Shown: piece after piece, positions 1 through 10,771 of the stretch | Layout: each line of letters begins with the position of its first letter | How positions within the stretch are numbered: position 1 is the first letter of the stretch | Origin: an uncultured delta proteobacterium | GTDB lineage: Bacteria; Myxococcota; Myxococcia; SLRQ01 | NCBI GenBank assembly: GCA_963727485.1 | Contig: CAVSGM010000001.1 | Coordinates: 384,001 to 448,000 of the forward strand | Length of the DNA: 64,000 nucleotides | Direction: 5' to 3' | Translations under genes and position numbers: made by a program | The notes under the pieces: generated by a model | What the model was told of the DNA's origin: nothing | Database searches by the model: none | The model's input: the letters and a program-made list of their open reading frames with translations, nothing else

Positions 1-5
1 GGCCC

Positions 6-311
6 ATGCGACGCCTCGTCCCCGCCCTCGTCCTCGCTGCCGCGGTCCTCGCCCTCGGCGGCTGCAAGTCCACCGATGACGCCGTGAACCAGGCGGCGGA
101 GTCGGTGACCACCGCCACCCCTCGCGCCGGCGAGGCCGCCGAGCTCGGCCTCCTCCGCGGGCAGATCGACCTCTACCGGCAGATGCATGCCGGCAAGGCG
201 CCGCCGAGCCTCAAGGCCATGAGCACCCTGCCGCGCCTCACCTACGGCGACGACTACGTCTACGACCCGGCGACCGGCCAGGTGCACTCCAAGCGCTTCC
301 CCGGGATCTAG
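6..311 (+). CDS. Small hypothetical lipoprotein with a pseudopilin (GspG-head)-like C-terminal part
   Basis: Signal peptide ending LALGGC (lipobox). The C-terminal LRGQIDLYRQMHAGKAPPSL...YVYDPATGQV resembles a pseudopilin head. Codon usage is GC3-rich. Confidence 0.6.
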   Translation: MRRLVPALVLAAAVLALGGCKSTDDAVNQAAESVTTATPRAGEAAELGLLRGQIDLYRQMHAGKAPPSLKAMSTLPRLTYGDDYVYDPATGQVHSKRFPGI

Positions 312-333
312 AAGCCGGCCGCGGCCCCGGGCG

Positions 334-2331
334 TCACTTCTTGCGCAGGCGCCCGAAGAGCCCGCCCTTCTCCTTCTCCTCGCGCATCTTCATCACCCGG
401 AGCTGCTGCTGGGCCTCGGCGTGGGAGGCGTCGCACTCCACGGTGCGGCGGAAGCGCTTCTCGGCCTCGGCGGCGTCACCCTCCTTGAGGGCCATCATCC
501 CCAGGAAGTAGTGGGCCGACGCCATGTCGCGGTCGCTCGAGAGGGCCCGGTCCAGGTCCTGCTTCGCCGCGCCCATCGCCGGGTTGCCCTCGGCGAGGTA
601 CCGGGCGTAACCCCGGTAGGCGTAGAACTCCGCCTCGGTGTGGTCGAGGGAGATGGCCTCCTCGAAGTGGGCGAGGGCGTCGGGGATCCGCCCGGACTTG
701 AGGAGCCGCTCCCCCTGCTGGAAGAGGTCCTCGGCCTGGAGGATGGCGGCGACGTCCGTGGGCAGCCCCTTGGCCTTGCGGTCGAGGTAGACCTCGTACT
801 CCTTCCGGGCGTCGGAATCGGTGAGCACCCGCTTGGCCTCGCCGATCTTCTGGAAGATCTCCTCGAGGTTCGGCGCCGCGTCCCCGAGCTCGAGGCCGGC
901 GAAGCGGTCCGTGTGCCAGGTCCGGGCCCGGTCCAGGTAGGCCTTCTGCACCGCCTCGGCATCGGCGCTCGGGCCCACGCCCAGGACCTGGAAGTGGGTG
1001 GCCTCGGCGAGGCGCGCCTGCTCGGCGGTGATCCGCGCCCGGGCGTCCTGCTCCTCGGCGGTGAAGCCCCGGGCCGGAGCCGCCGGGGCCGCCGGGGGGG
1101 CGGCGACGGTGGGCGCCCGGGGGGTGGCCGGGGCCGAAGGCGCCGCCGGCGCGGTCGCGGGGGCGCTCACCCCGGCCGCCTCGCCGGCGTCCGCCGCCAT
1201 CGGCGCCCGGTCCAGCCGCGCCAGCCCGGTGGCCACCAGGGCGAAGAGCAGCGGCAGATCCTCGGTGCGGCTCTCGTCGAGGACCTCGCCCACCGTCCGG
1301 CTCCCGTCGACCAGGATCGTCAGGCGCTCGCCGCGGGTGGTGCTCCGGAGGATGTAGGTCTCCCGCTGCATCAGCGGCGTCGGGTGGAGGTAGACCGCCC
1401 GCCGGGCGCCGAGGAAGCCCTGGAGCGCCGCGGTGTCGTAGAAGCGCCGCACTCCGTCGACCACCGCCGCGAGGGGGTGGACCTTGTGGTCGGGGACCGT
1501 GCCGGCGCCCTTGGGATCGGGCTGGTAGCTGGCGGTGCCGTCCCCCCAGCCGATGCTGGCCACGGCGATCTCCCGGACCTGGGCGGTGGCGGCCTGGGCG
1601 ACCTCGCCGGCGGTCATCGCGCCGGTGGCGGTGAGGGCGTCGCCCAGGGGCACCCGGTGGCTCTTGGCGTGGGCCACCGCCTGGCGGAAGGCGCCGGCGT
1701 CGAGGGTGCCGGCGGCGACCTGCATCCCGCCGGCGTTCTCCTGGGCGAGGTTGCTGACGGCGTAGCGGATCTGGCCGAAGTGGAAGGTGAGCCGCCGCCG
1801 GACCTGGCCCCGGGTGAGCTCGAGGTGTCCCGAGGCCCGCCCCTCGTAGAGCCGGGCGTAGAGGCGATAGACCGGTTGCTGCCGCAGGTCGGTGGAGAAG
1901 GCCTCGAGCTTCGGCTGCGGGGCCGTCCGGGCGGGGCGCCTGGCCCGGGACGAGGGCGGGGCCATCCCCAGGCGCCGGGCGAGGATGCCCTGGAAGCTCT
2001 CGGCGTCGAAGGGCTTCTGGAGGAAGTCGGCCTTGAGGTTGGCCCAGAGGTCCCGGGCGATGGTGCCCTTCTTGTACACCCCGCTCACCGCCACCAGCGG
2101 CACCGAGGCACCCCCGGGGAGCTTGCGGATCTCCGCCCCCAGCTTCATCCCATCGCTCCCCGGGAGGAGCAGGTCGAGGACCACCAGCTGGGGCTTCTCG
2201 GCGGTGAACCGGGCCACCGCCTGCTTGCCGTCTTGCTCGACGACCGGCTCCAGGTTCATCGCCCGGCACAGCGCCGCCATCACCTCCCCGGCACCGGGGT
2301 CGTCGTCGACGATCAGGACCTTGTGCGCCAT
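334..2331 (-). CDS. Response-regulator receiver / DUF4388 / J-like domain / TPR multidomain protein
   Basis: Real start MAHKVLIVDDD (REC, VLDLLLPG). Central DUF4388-like region (LYEGRASGHLEL...FHFGQIRYAVSN), J-like domain (HFQVLGV...ARTWHTD), C-terminal TPRs. Confidence 0.85.
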   Translation of the reverse strand: MAHKVLIVDDDPGAGEVMAALCRAMNLEPVVEQDGKQAVARFTAEKPQLVVLDLLLPGSDGMKLGAEIRKLPGGASVPLVAVSGVYKKGTIARDLWANLKADFLQKPFDAESFQGILARRLGMAPPSSRARRPARTAPQPKLEAFSTDLRQQPVYRLYARLYEGRASGHLELTRGQVRRRLTFHFGQIRYAVSNLAQENAGGMQVAAGTLDAGAFRQAVAHAKSHRVPLGDALTATGAMTAGEVAQAATAQVREIAVASIGWGDGTASYQPDPKGAGTVPDHKVHPLAAVVDGVRRFYDTAALQGFLGARRAVYLHPTPLMQRETYILRSTTRGERLTILVDGSRTVGEVLDESRTEDLPLLFALVATGLARLDRAPMAADAGEAAGVSAPATAPAAPSAPATPRAPTVAAPPAAPAAPARGFTAEEQDARARITAEQARLAEATHFQVLGVGPSADAEAVQKAYLDRARTWHTDRFAGLELGDAAPNLEEIFQKIGEAKRVLTDSDARKEYEVYLDRKAKGLPTDVAAILQAEDLFQQGERLLKSGRIPDALAHFEEAISLDHTEAEFYAYRGYARYLAEGNPAMGAAKQDLDRALSSDRDMASAHYFLGMMALKEGDAAEAEKRFRRTVECDASHAEAQQQLRVMKMREEKEKGGLFGRLRKK

Positions 2332-2336
2332 CCGCC

Positions 2337-4811
2337 CTAGCGTACCTGAACTTCCAGGGGCATGAGGGCCAGGGGGCGATCCTCCCCCAGGGTCCAGGCC
2401 ATGGGGCCCAGGGCCTTCAGGGCCGCCTTCACCGCCGGGGGCACCGTGGGCGCCCGTTGGCCGAGGACGCTCGCCAGGAACGCCAGGGGCCGGCCCTTGC
2501 CGGTGAACGCCGCCAGGGGCCCGGTCTGGCCCGAGAACACCGCCACGTTCACCACCTCGTCGTCGGGGATCCCGGCGTCCTGCTTGGCCAGGCGCACCGC
2601 GTCGGCGAAGCTGCCCAGGGTGTCGACCAGGCCGTGCGCCTTGGCCTGGGCCCCGGTCCACACCCGGCCCCGGCCCACGGCGTCGACCGCGTCGTCGCTC
2701 ATCTTCCGCCCGGCGGCGACCCGGGAGACGAAGAGGTGGTAGCCGGCGTCCACGAAGGTCTGCATCTGCTTGCGCTCGTCGTCGCTCCAGGGGTGGTTGG
2801 TGCCCATGATGTCGGCGTTCTTGCCCCGGAGGATCGTCTGCACGTTGATCCCCAGGTGCCGGTAGAGGCGCTTGAGGTTGAAGTGGGTGGCGAAGATGCC
2901 GATGGAGCCGGTGATGGTCGAGGGCTCGGCGACGATGGTCCGGGCCGCGGCGGCGACGTAGTACCCGCCGCTGGCGGCCACCGAGCCCATGGAGGCGATG
3001 ACCGGCTTCTTCCGGTTGGCCTGGCTCAAGGCCCGCCACATCAGGTCGGCGGCGTGGGCGTCGCCCCCGGGGGAGTCGATGCGGAGGATGATGGCGGCGA
3101 CGTCGGGGTCGTTCGCGGCCCGGCGGACCGCGTCGACCACCGTGTCCGAGCCGGTGGCCTTGGTGAGGGTCAGGGGCCCGCTGGGGGTGTCGCCCTGGAG
3201 GATGAAGCCGTCGACGGGGATCACCGCCACCACCGGGCGGCCGCCCCAGGGCCGGTCGGCGTAGCGCCGTCGGGCGTAGTTGCCCAGGAGCCGGACCCGG
3301 TGGCCGCCGGAGGCGAGGAGCGTGGGCAGCTGGTCGGGGTAGCCGATGGCGTCGACCAGGCCCGCCTGCTTGGCGGCGGTGGCGTCGAGGACGCCGCGGT
3401 CGAGGGTGGCCTTGAGGTCGGCGGGCTTGAGCTTGCGGCCGGTGGACACCGCCTTGAGGTACCGGGGGAAGGTGTCGTCGAGCAGCGCGCCGGTCACCTC
3501 GCGCTGGGCGTCGCCCATGCTCTGCCGGGTGAACTCCTCCGGGGCGTCCTTGTACTTGCCCACCCGGACGTACTCGGCGTTCACCCCGAGGTTGCCCAGC
3601 AGCTCGCCGTAGAAGGTGGCCGAGGCGGCGAAGCCGTTGACCAGCATGATCGCCCCCGGGGCGGCGATGACCCGGTCGGCGACGCTGGCGAGGTAGTAGG
3701 TGGGGTCGTCACAGCCGTCGAGGTAGAAGGCGACCTGCTTCCCCGCGTGCTCGAGGCGCAGGAGCGCCTGGCGCAGGTCCTCGGCGCTCGCCATGGAGAG
3801 CTTGCCGCCGCTGGTGCGCAGGACCACCCCGGTGACGTCCGGGTCGCGGCGCATCTGGTCGAGGAGGCGCACCAGGCTCACCAGGGGCTGGCTGGGGCCG
3901 CGCTTGAACAGGGAGAAGCCGGGCCCCGAGAGGGCGTCGTCGAGGTTGAGCTCGACCATGCCCCGCCCGGCGACCAGCGTCCGGTAGCGGGCCGAGGAGA
4001 GGCGGATGCGCACCGCGCCGTCGCCACCCTGGCGGTCGGCGGTGGCGGGCATGGCCCCGGTGACCCCGAGGTGGGCGAGGTCGAGGGTGAGGCCGGCGAG
4101 GACCCGGGTGCTCCCGGCGCCCAGGGGCTGGGAGACGGTGCCCTCCAGGGACAGGCCGTCGATCACCCGGAGGTGGAGACCGATGTCGAGGCGCCCGTCG
4201 CCGCCGAAGGGATCCTCCTTGCCGCTCCACACCCGGTCGACGCCGGCGACGATGCGCCCGTCGAGGAAGTTGAGGCCCAGGCCCACCCGGTAGTTGGGGG
4301 TGATGGCCAGGCTCCCGAAGTCCTGGGCGGTGGCGGCCAGCGAGAGGAAGGAGAACGGCCGGGCGGTGAACCCGAGGTCGTAGCTCACCTTGTCGTTGAG
4401 GGCCGCGGGGCCCTTCCAGGTGCGGACCGCGGCGCCCAGGGCGAGCTGGTCGGTGCCGGCGGCCAGGGTGAAGGTGGCCCGCCGGTTGTTGGGGATCCCG
4501 GCGCCGCGCATCCACCGCAGGGAGAGGCCGGCGGCGAGCCCGGGGATCCCGGCGACATAGTGGGCGCCCACCGACCAGGCGTCGGTGCCGGTGCTGTTGC
4601 CGGCGCGCAGGAGGTCGAGGTCGAAGGCGGTGCCCCGGACGAAGCCGATCCCGGCGGGGTTCCTGAGGTCGGCGTCGGCGCCGTCGGCGGTGGCGGCGGT
4701 CATCCCCGGGACCACCAGCCGGGCGTCGAGGGCGGGGTCGTCGGCGCGGGCGAGGCGGGGGAGCGCGGCGAGGAGGAGGGCGACGAGGAGCAGGGAGGCG
4801 TGGCGCGACAT
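2337..4811 (-). CDS. sppA: Signal peptide peptidase SppA (protease IV, two S49 domains) with an N-terminal beta-rich extension
   Basis: Motifs GKYKDAPE, LRIDSPGG, SMGSVAASGGYY, TGSIG, GRGRVWTG and GLVDTLG, plus a signal peptide. Confidence 0.9.
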   Translation of the reverse strand: MSRHASLLLVALLLAALPRLARADDPALDARLVVPGMTAATADGADADLRNPAGIGFVRGTAFDLDLLRAGNSTGTDAWSVGAHYVAGIPGLAAGLSLRWMRGAGIPNNRRATFTLAAGTDQLALGAAVRTWKGPAALNDKVSYDLGFTARPFSFLSLAATAQDFGSLAITPNYRVGLGLNFLDGRIVAGVDRVWSGKEDPFGGDGRLDIGLHLRVIDGLSLEGTVSQPLGAGSTRVLAGLTLDLAHLGVTGAMPATADRQGGDGAVRIRLSSARYRTLVAGRGMVELNLDDALSGPGFSLFKRGPSQPLVSLVRLLDQMRRDPDVTGVVLRTSGGKLSMASAEDLRQALLRLEHAGKQVAFYLDGCDDPTYYLASVADRVIAAPGAIMLVNGFAASATFYGELLGNLGVNAEYVRVGKYKDAPEEFTRQSMGDAQREVTGALLDDTFPRYLKAVSTGRKLKPADLKATLDRGVLDATAAKQAGLVDAIGYPDQLPTLLASGGHRVRLLGNYARRRYADRPWGGRPVVAVIPVDGFILQGDTPSGPLTLTKATGSDTVVDAVRRAANDPDVAAIILRIDSPGGDAHAADLMWRALSQANRKKPVIASMGSVAASGGYYVAAAARTIVAEPSTITGSIGIFATHFNLKRLYRHLGINVQTILRGKNADIMGTNHPWSDDERKQMQTFVDAGYHLFVSRVAAGRKMSDDAVDAVGRGRVWTGAQAKAHGLVDTLGSFADAVRLAKQDAGIPDDEVVNVAVFSGQTGPLAAFTGKGRPLAFLASVLGQRAPTVPPAVKAALKALGPMAWTLGEDRPLALMPLEVQVR

Positions 4812-4869
4812 GGCCCGCACATACCGAGGGTCCGGACCGGTGTCCAGGGCACCCGGGAGCGGCCCCGGC

Positions 4870-7515
4870 TTACACCCCGGCCGGTCGCGACACCTGGAAG
4901 TAGCGGACCTCCTCGCGCAGGGCGTCGGCGGCGGCGTCGAGGCTCCGGGCCGCGGTCTCCAGGCGCGCCGCCCGGGACTGGCTCCCCTCGGCGACCTCCT
5001 GCACCCGCGTGGTCTCCTCGAGGAGGGCCCCGGCGCCGCCCTCGAGCTCCCCCACCGCGCGCTCCACCGTGCCCAGGTGGTCGGCGGTGGCGGTGAAGGC
5101 GTCGAGGAGCCGGCGGTTCCTGGCGGCGATGCCGGCGACCACCTCGCTCATCTGGCCGTTGAGCCGGGCGATGCGCGCCACCGCCTCCCGGGCTCCGTCC
5201 CCGGCGGTGGCCTGGTCCCCGGCGAGGCCGGCGATGCGGCTGGCCATGGCGGCGACCTGGTCGATCTCCCGGGTCACCTCGCCCACGGTCTCCGACTGGG
5301 CCTCGGTGTCCCGGGCGATCTCGATTGCCGCCTGGGACGCCCGGGTCGCCGAGAGGAGGATCCGGCCCAGGGAGTCCTCGGCGGCCCCGGCCAGCGACAC
5401 CCCCTCGGCGACCCGCTGCTCGCTCTTTCGGATCACCGCCACCGCCTCGGCGGTGGCCCCCTGGACATCGGTGATGGTGCCGGCGATCTCCCGGGTGCTG
5501 GCGGCGGTGCGGGTGGCGAGGTCGCGGACCTCTCCGGCGACCACCGCGAAGCCCCGGCCGTGCTCCCCGGCCTGGGCGGCGATGATCGAGGCGTTGAGGG
5601 CCAGGAGGTTGGTCTTCTCGGCGATGTCGTCGATCACCGCGAGCACCCGGTCCACCTCGCCGATGCGACGGGTGAGGGCCTCGACCTGGGTGGCGGCCTC
5701 GGACGCGCCTTCGCGGATGCGCTCGATGCCCTCCACGGTGCGCTGGACGTTCACCGCCCCCTCGTGGGCCACGGTGATGGTCTCCTGGGCGGCGTCGGCG
5801 GCGCCCCGGGCGTGGGCCCGCATCCGCTGCAGGGCCCCGTCCACGTCGGTCACCGCCTGGTTGGCGCGCTGGGCGGCCCCCGAGAGGCCCCGGACCTCGG
5901 TGGCCACCTGGGCGGCGTCCCGGGAGATGCCGGCGACGGCCTCGGCGGCCTCGGCGGCGCCCAAGGCGAGCTGCTCCACGTCCCGGGCGAGGTCGTCGAA
6001 CTCCTGGCCGAGGCGGGTCGCGGACTCGGTCCCCTCGCCGAAGGTGCGGGCGAGCTCCCGCACCCCCGCGGCGACCGAGCGGAGGTTGGCGTCCATCTCC
6101 TCGATGGCGGCCACCGAGGTGCTCACCGCTTCGGCCTGGGCCGTGGCCCCCCGGCCAATCTCCTGGGACTGGTCGAGGCTGGCGCTGGCCGAGGCCCGCA
6201 CCCGCTCGGTGAGCTCGGCGACCCGGGTGATGATCTCGGCCAGCCGGCTGCGCATCCGGTCGACGTGCCCGGCGAGCTCCCCGACCTCGTCGTCGGAGAG
6301 CACCCGGCCCGCCGCCGGGGCGAGGTCGCCGCGCGCCACCCGGGAGGTGTCGGCCACCACGTCCGCCAGCGGCGCCCGGATCCCGAGGGCGGTGAGGGTG
6401 CCCACCCAGCCCATGAGCAGCATCGAGGCGACGATGAGCAGGATCACCGCGGTGCGCGCCGCCAGGAGCCGGGCCTCGACCTTCTCCCGGGCGACGACGG
6501 CCAGGCCCACCTCGCCATGGCCGAGCGGCGCCCAGACCACGACGTCCAGGGTGTCGGCGACGAGGGTCCAGCCCGGGCCCGGGGGGCGGTGCCGGAAGGC
6601 GTCGAGGGCCACGGCGCGCGCCACCGCCTGGGATGCGCCGTGGCGGACGCGTCCGTCCCGGACGATGCCCAGGCGGACCTCGGGCCCCACGGCGCGGGCG
6701 GCGCGGGCGAAGGCCGCGGACCGGGTCGCCGGGGGGGCGCCCGCCGCGTCGAGGTCCGCCACCGGGCCGAGCGCCAGGGCGGTCACCGTCTCGGTGTCCT
6801 GGCCCACCTCGGTGGTGAGGGCGGTGTCGGCGAAGTGGAAGGCGAGGGTGCCCACGAACACCGAGGGCAGGAGGGTGGCGGCCACCACCAGGGAGGCGAT
6901 CTTCCGGGTGAGGGTGGTGCGGGGTCCGGGCCATTCGGGGACCCCGAGGTCGTGGAGCACCCGGGTCACCGGCGCCAGGAAGAGCCGCTCGCCGCTGGAC
7001 TGGGCCAGCGCCAGCCAGGTGGAGATGAGGAAGCCGAACACGATCGCCGTGAGGGCGGTGTTCGCCGGGAGGCCGACGTAGCGGTAGCCGTACCAACCGG
7101 TGAAGGTCACCGAGAGCCCGCCGGTGACCGCGGCCCAGAGGGCCATGATCCTCGGATGCCAGAGGACCTCCCGGGCCGCCCGGGTCACCTGGTCGTCGGT
7201 CGGGGCGCGGCCTGTCTCGAGGGTCCGGGCCAGGTCTCCGAGGCTGCGGCTCGCCGCCAGGGCCACGAAGCCCGCCAGGAGGATGACCGAGCCCACCGAC
7301 CCCAGGAAGGCGATGAGCAGCGCCCGGAGCCGCGCCCCGTGGAGATCGAAGAGGTAGGGGAAGGCGATCCAGCCGCCGCTCGCCACCCCGGCGGCGCTGA
7401 GCCAGTGGACCACCACCAGCCGGGTCCGGATGCTGGCGATACGGTGCCCCGCCGCCTCGGGGGGAAGCGGAGCTCCGGCGCCCGGCGGGGGCGCGCCCGT
7501 AGGGACAGGCGGCAC
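4870..7515 (-). CDS. Methyl-accepting chemotaxis protein (multi-TM sensor, HAMP, long MA domain)
   Basis: [37 protein letters not shown] hairpin-tip signature, DEVGELA HAMP motif and several N-terminal TM segments. The start is uncertain (7515 or 7551). Confidence 0.9.
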   Translation of the reverse strand: MPPVPTGAPPPGAGAPLPPEAAGHRIASIRTRLVVVHWLSAAGVASGGWIAFPYLFDLHGARLRALLIAFLGSVGSVILLAGFVALAASRSLGDLARTLETGRAPTDDQVTRAAREVLWHPRIMALWAAVTGGLSVTFTGWYGYRYVGLPANTALTAIVFGFLISTWLALAQSSGERLFLAPVTRVLHDLGVPEWPGPRTTLTRKIASLVVAATLLPSVFVGTLAFHFADTALTTEVGQDTETVTALALGPVADLDAAGAPPATRSAAFARAARAVGPEVRLGIVRDGRVRHGASQAVARAVALDAFRHRPPGPGWTLVADTLDVVVWAPLGHGEVGLAVVAREKVEARLLAARTAVILLIVASMLLMGWVGTLTALGIRAPLADVVADTSRVARGDLAPAAGRVLSDDEVGELAGHVDRMRSRLAEIITRVAELTERVRASASASLDQSQEIGRGATAQAEAVSTSVAAIEEMDANLRSVAAGVRELARTFGEGTESATRLGQEFDDLARDVEQLALGAAEAAEAVAGISRDAAQVATEVRGLSGAAQRANQAVTDVDGALQRMRAHARGAADAAQETITVAHEGAVNVQRTVEGIERIREGASEAATQVEALTRRIGEVDRVLAVIDDIAEKTNLLALNASIIAAQAGEHGRGFAVVAGEVRDLATRTAASTREIAGTITDVQGATAEAVAVIRKSEQRVAEGVSLAGAAEDSLGRILLSATRASQAAIEIARDTEAQSETVGEVTREIDQVAAMASRIAGLAGDQATAGDGAREAVARIARLNGQMSEVVAGIAARNRRLLDAFTATADHLGTVERAVGELEGGAGALLEETTRVQEVAEGSQSRAARLETAARSLDAAADALREEVRYFQVSRPAGV

Positions 7516-7583
7516 CCCTCGATTGTCACCGCTGCCACCCGGGGCCGTCAAAGCCCTGGATCAGGTCCTGACACCGCGCCGCG

Positions 7584-8838
7584 TCAGAAGTAGGACTTCA
7601 TCTCCAGGTAGGCGGTGGTGGGCGTCAGCCCGAACTCGCTGCGCACCGTGAGCTGCTCGGGGCGCCGGCCGCCGCCGTAGTAGAGGCCGCCGTCGACCTC
7701 GGCGTTGTCGCCCACCGACCAGGCGCAGCCCAGGCCGGCGAGGGCGCTTGGGTCCCCGAGGTTGGCCACCACGAAGGCGCTGACGTGGACGATGGGCGTC
7801 ACCTCGTAGTCGGCGGAGGCCGCCGCGTAGGTGCGCCCCAGGGCCCAGACCTCGCCCCGCTGCACCCGCGGTGAGAGGGCCAGGGCCAGGTAGCCGGCGG
7901 GGGAGGTGGCGCCCAGGGTCTGGAGGTAGGCCTCGGCGGAGAGGCGCAGCGATCCCCACTGCCGGTCGGCGCCGATCACCGCGCGGACGAAGGGCGAGCC
8001 GCCATCGGCGGGGTAGGTGAGGGTCGCCTCGCCGCGGACCCCGAAGGCGCCGAGGCTCCCGGCGGTGTCGAGGCCCACCACCGCGTCGCCGTGGACCAGG
8101 GCGGTGAACAGGCCCACGTCGAACACGCCCAGGGTGAACCCGCTGCGCACGGCGAACACCGTGCCCGCCTCGTCCCAGCCGCCGGCGTAGGTGGCCACCG
8201 CGGTGAGCTGCCCGGAGGTGCCGAAGTAGAAGTCCCCGCGCACCGCGTCCACGCCGGGCTTGTACTCCCGGTCGATGGTGGTGGGGGTGAAGGGCGCCAC
8301 CAGGTCCTCGGGGTTGAAGAAGAAGGTGGTGCCAAACGAGATCGGCTGGCGGCCCACGGTGAGGGTCAGGCCCGGGGTGGAGGCGGCGACGTAGAGGCGG
8401 TCGAAGCGCAGGTTCACCGCCAGGGCCCGGTTCGTCGTCGCCGCCCAGGAGAGCTTCACCGCCTCGGGGGTGCCGCCGCCGGCGCCCAGGCTGGCCCCGG
8501 GCAGGGCGGTGAGGTCGGCGGAGAGGCTGGTGGTGGTGAGGATCGGGTGGACGACGTACTTGAGGTGGCTGCCCAGGCGCCCGGTGATCCGCAGGCGCAG
8601 GTCCAGGGCGGCCTCGCCCAGGGGGTCCTGGGGCAGCAGCGGGCTGTCGTAGGGGAAGATGCCGACGACGAAGGTCTTCACGTCGCCGCCGACGCTGGGC
8701 AGGAGGCCGTCGGCGCGGGCGGCCGGCGGCGCGCGCCCCGAGCGCGGCGACCACCGCGAGGCCCGCGAGGCACGCGGCGGCGCGCCCGCGGGGGGCGGCC
8801 CCGCGCCCGCCCGCGCCCCTCGGCCGCGCCGGGCTCAC
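7584..8838 (-). CDS. Putative outer-membrane beta-barrel protein (one frameshift near 8730)
   Basis: Signal-peptide-like start at 8838 joins the 7584..8681 frame after a 1-nt shift. Contains DRLYV, TVGRQPISFG and PGVDAVR motifs and ends in aromatic ...EMKSYF. Confidence 0.7.
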
Positions 8839-9518
8839 TTGCGCTGGTCCTCCTCGACCTGCCCGTCGACCAGGCGCACCACCCGCTGCGCGTGGTCCAT
8901 GACCTTGGGGTCGTGGGTGGCGAAGACGAAGGTCACCCCGCGCTCGGCGTTGAGGCGGTGCATGGTCTCGATGAGCGCGTTGCCGGTCTGGGAGTCGAGG
9001 TTGGCGGTGGGCTCGTCGGCGAGGACCAGGGCCGGCGCCCCGACGATGGCCCGGGCCACCGCCACCCGCTGCTGCTGGCCGCCGGAGAGCTCCGAGGGGC
9101 GGCGCTTGCCCATCCCCCCGAGGCCCACGTCCTCCAGGATCTTCTCCACCTTCTCCCGGCGCTCCTTCTCGGGGACGCCCCGGAGCAGGAGCACGAACTC
9201 GGCGTTCTCGTAGGCGGTGAGCACCGGGATGAGGTTGTAGGCCTGGAACACGAAGCCCAGGTGGTGGAGGCGCATCCGCGAGAGGTCGGAGGCCTTCATC
9301 TTGGAGACGTCGGCGCCGTCGACCACCACCGAGCCGGCGCTGGGGGTGTCGAGACCCCCGATGAGGTTGAGGAGGGTGGTCTTCCCGGAGCCCGAGGGGC
9401 CCATGAGGGCGGTGAACTCGCCGGCCTCGATCTCGAGGTCGACGCCCCGGAGGGCCTGCACCGTGACCTCGCCCTGCTGGTAGCTGCGCTTCACGCCGTG
9501 AACGCTGACGATGGGCAT
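8835..9518 (-). CDS. ABC transporter ATP-binding protein (LolD/MacB type)
   Basis: GPSGSGKT, LSGGQQQRVAVARA, VLADEPTANLD. Confidence 0.95.
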   Translation of the reverse strand: MPIVSVHGVKRSYQQGEVTVQALRGVDLEIEAGEFTALMGPSGSGKTTLLNLIGGLDTPSAGSVVVDGADVSKMKASDLSRMRLHHLGFVFQAYNLIPVLTAYENAEFVLLLRGVPEKERREKVEKILEDVGLGGMGKRRPSELSGGQQQRVAVARAIVGAPALVLADEPTANLDSQTGNALIETMHRLNAERGVTFVFATHDPKVMDHAQRVVRLVDGQVEEDQRK

Positions 9519-9527
9519 GATCGACTC

Positions 9528-10770
9528 CTAGTGCTGGTGCATGGCCTGGACGGGCCCCAGCCGCGCGGCCTTCCAGGTGGGGTAGAGGGCGCTGACCACG
9601 GTGACCGCGCAGGCCAGGCCCGAGAACAGGGCGACCTTGGCGCCCGAGAGATCGCCGTGGACCAGCCCCGAGATGCTGACCCCGGCGGCGGTGGTCCCCG
9701 CCTGGCCCATGGCCTTGGCGAAGTCGACGCCGTAGTGCACCAGGGGCCAGGAGAGCAGCGACCCGAGGCCGGCGCCGAGGGCGGCGGCGATGAGGCCGAT
9801 GAGCAGGCTCTCGGTGAGGACCATCGCCGCCAGGCGACCGGGGCTCATGCCCAGGGCGAGGATCACCCCGAACTCGTGGCGGCGCTCCAGGACCGACATC
9901 AGGATGGTGTTGAGGATCCCCAGCGCCACGATGAGGGCGATGACCAGGACGATGACGTAGAGGGAGCCGTTGTCGAGGACCACGAACTCATGGAGCTGGG
10001 GCAGCGCCTTCTGCCAGGGGAGGATCTCCAGGGGCGCGCCGGCCAGCGCCGCGGCGATCTTCCGGGTGGCGGCGTGGGTCTCGTCGGGGTTCTTCAGGTG
10101 CACCGAGATCTGGTTGACCCCGGCGCCGAGCCCCAGGGCCTGCTGCGCGGCCTCGAGGGGCACCTGGGCGTAGAAGGCGTCCATCTCGTCGGAGCCGGTG
10201 AGGAAGATGCCCCGCACCCGGAACAGGCGGCTCTCAATCTGGCCCTTGCGCTGGGCCATGAGCACCACCTTGTCGCCGAGGCCCACCTGGAGGGTCTCGG
10301 CGAGGGTCTTGCCGATGACGATGCCCCGGTCGTCGCCCGGGCTCGAGGTAGGTGCCCTTGACGATCTTGGTGTGGAAGTCGTTGACCTCCGACTCCAGCC
10401 TGGGGTCGACGCCGGTGATCTGGACGCCCACCGAGTTGGCCGGGGAGGTGAGCAGGCCCTGGAGGAAGATCCGCGGCACCACCACCGCCCCGGGCACCGC
10501 CCGCGCCACCCGCTGCTCCACCGAGGGGCTCCGGGGGACGATCTTCTCCACCTCGGGCTTCTTCTCGTAGCCCTTCGCCTCCACCACCACGTGGCCGGCC
10601 AGCAGGCTGACGCCCTGGTGGATCATCGCCTCGTGGAAGCCGTCGCCGAGCGCGCTGGAGAAGACCAGCAGGGCGAGCGAGAAGGAGATGGCGGAGACGG
10701 TGATCAGGGTGCGGCGCAGGTTCCGGCCCAGGTTCCGCCAGGCGAGCTTGAGGATCTTCAGGTAGCCCAT
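9528..10770 (-). CDS. ABC transporter permease (LolC/E, FtsX/MacB family), frameshift near 10340
   Basis: The N half (AWRNLGRNLRRTLIT) is in ORF 10234..10770 and the C half (NTILMSVLERRHEFG...AARLGPVQAM) is in ORF 9528..10286. Confidence 0.9.
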
Positions 10771-10771
10771 C

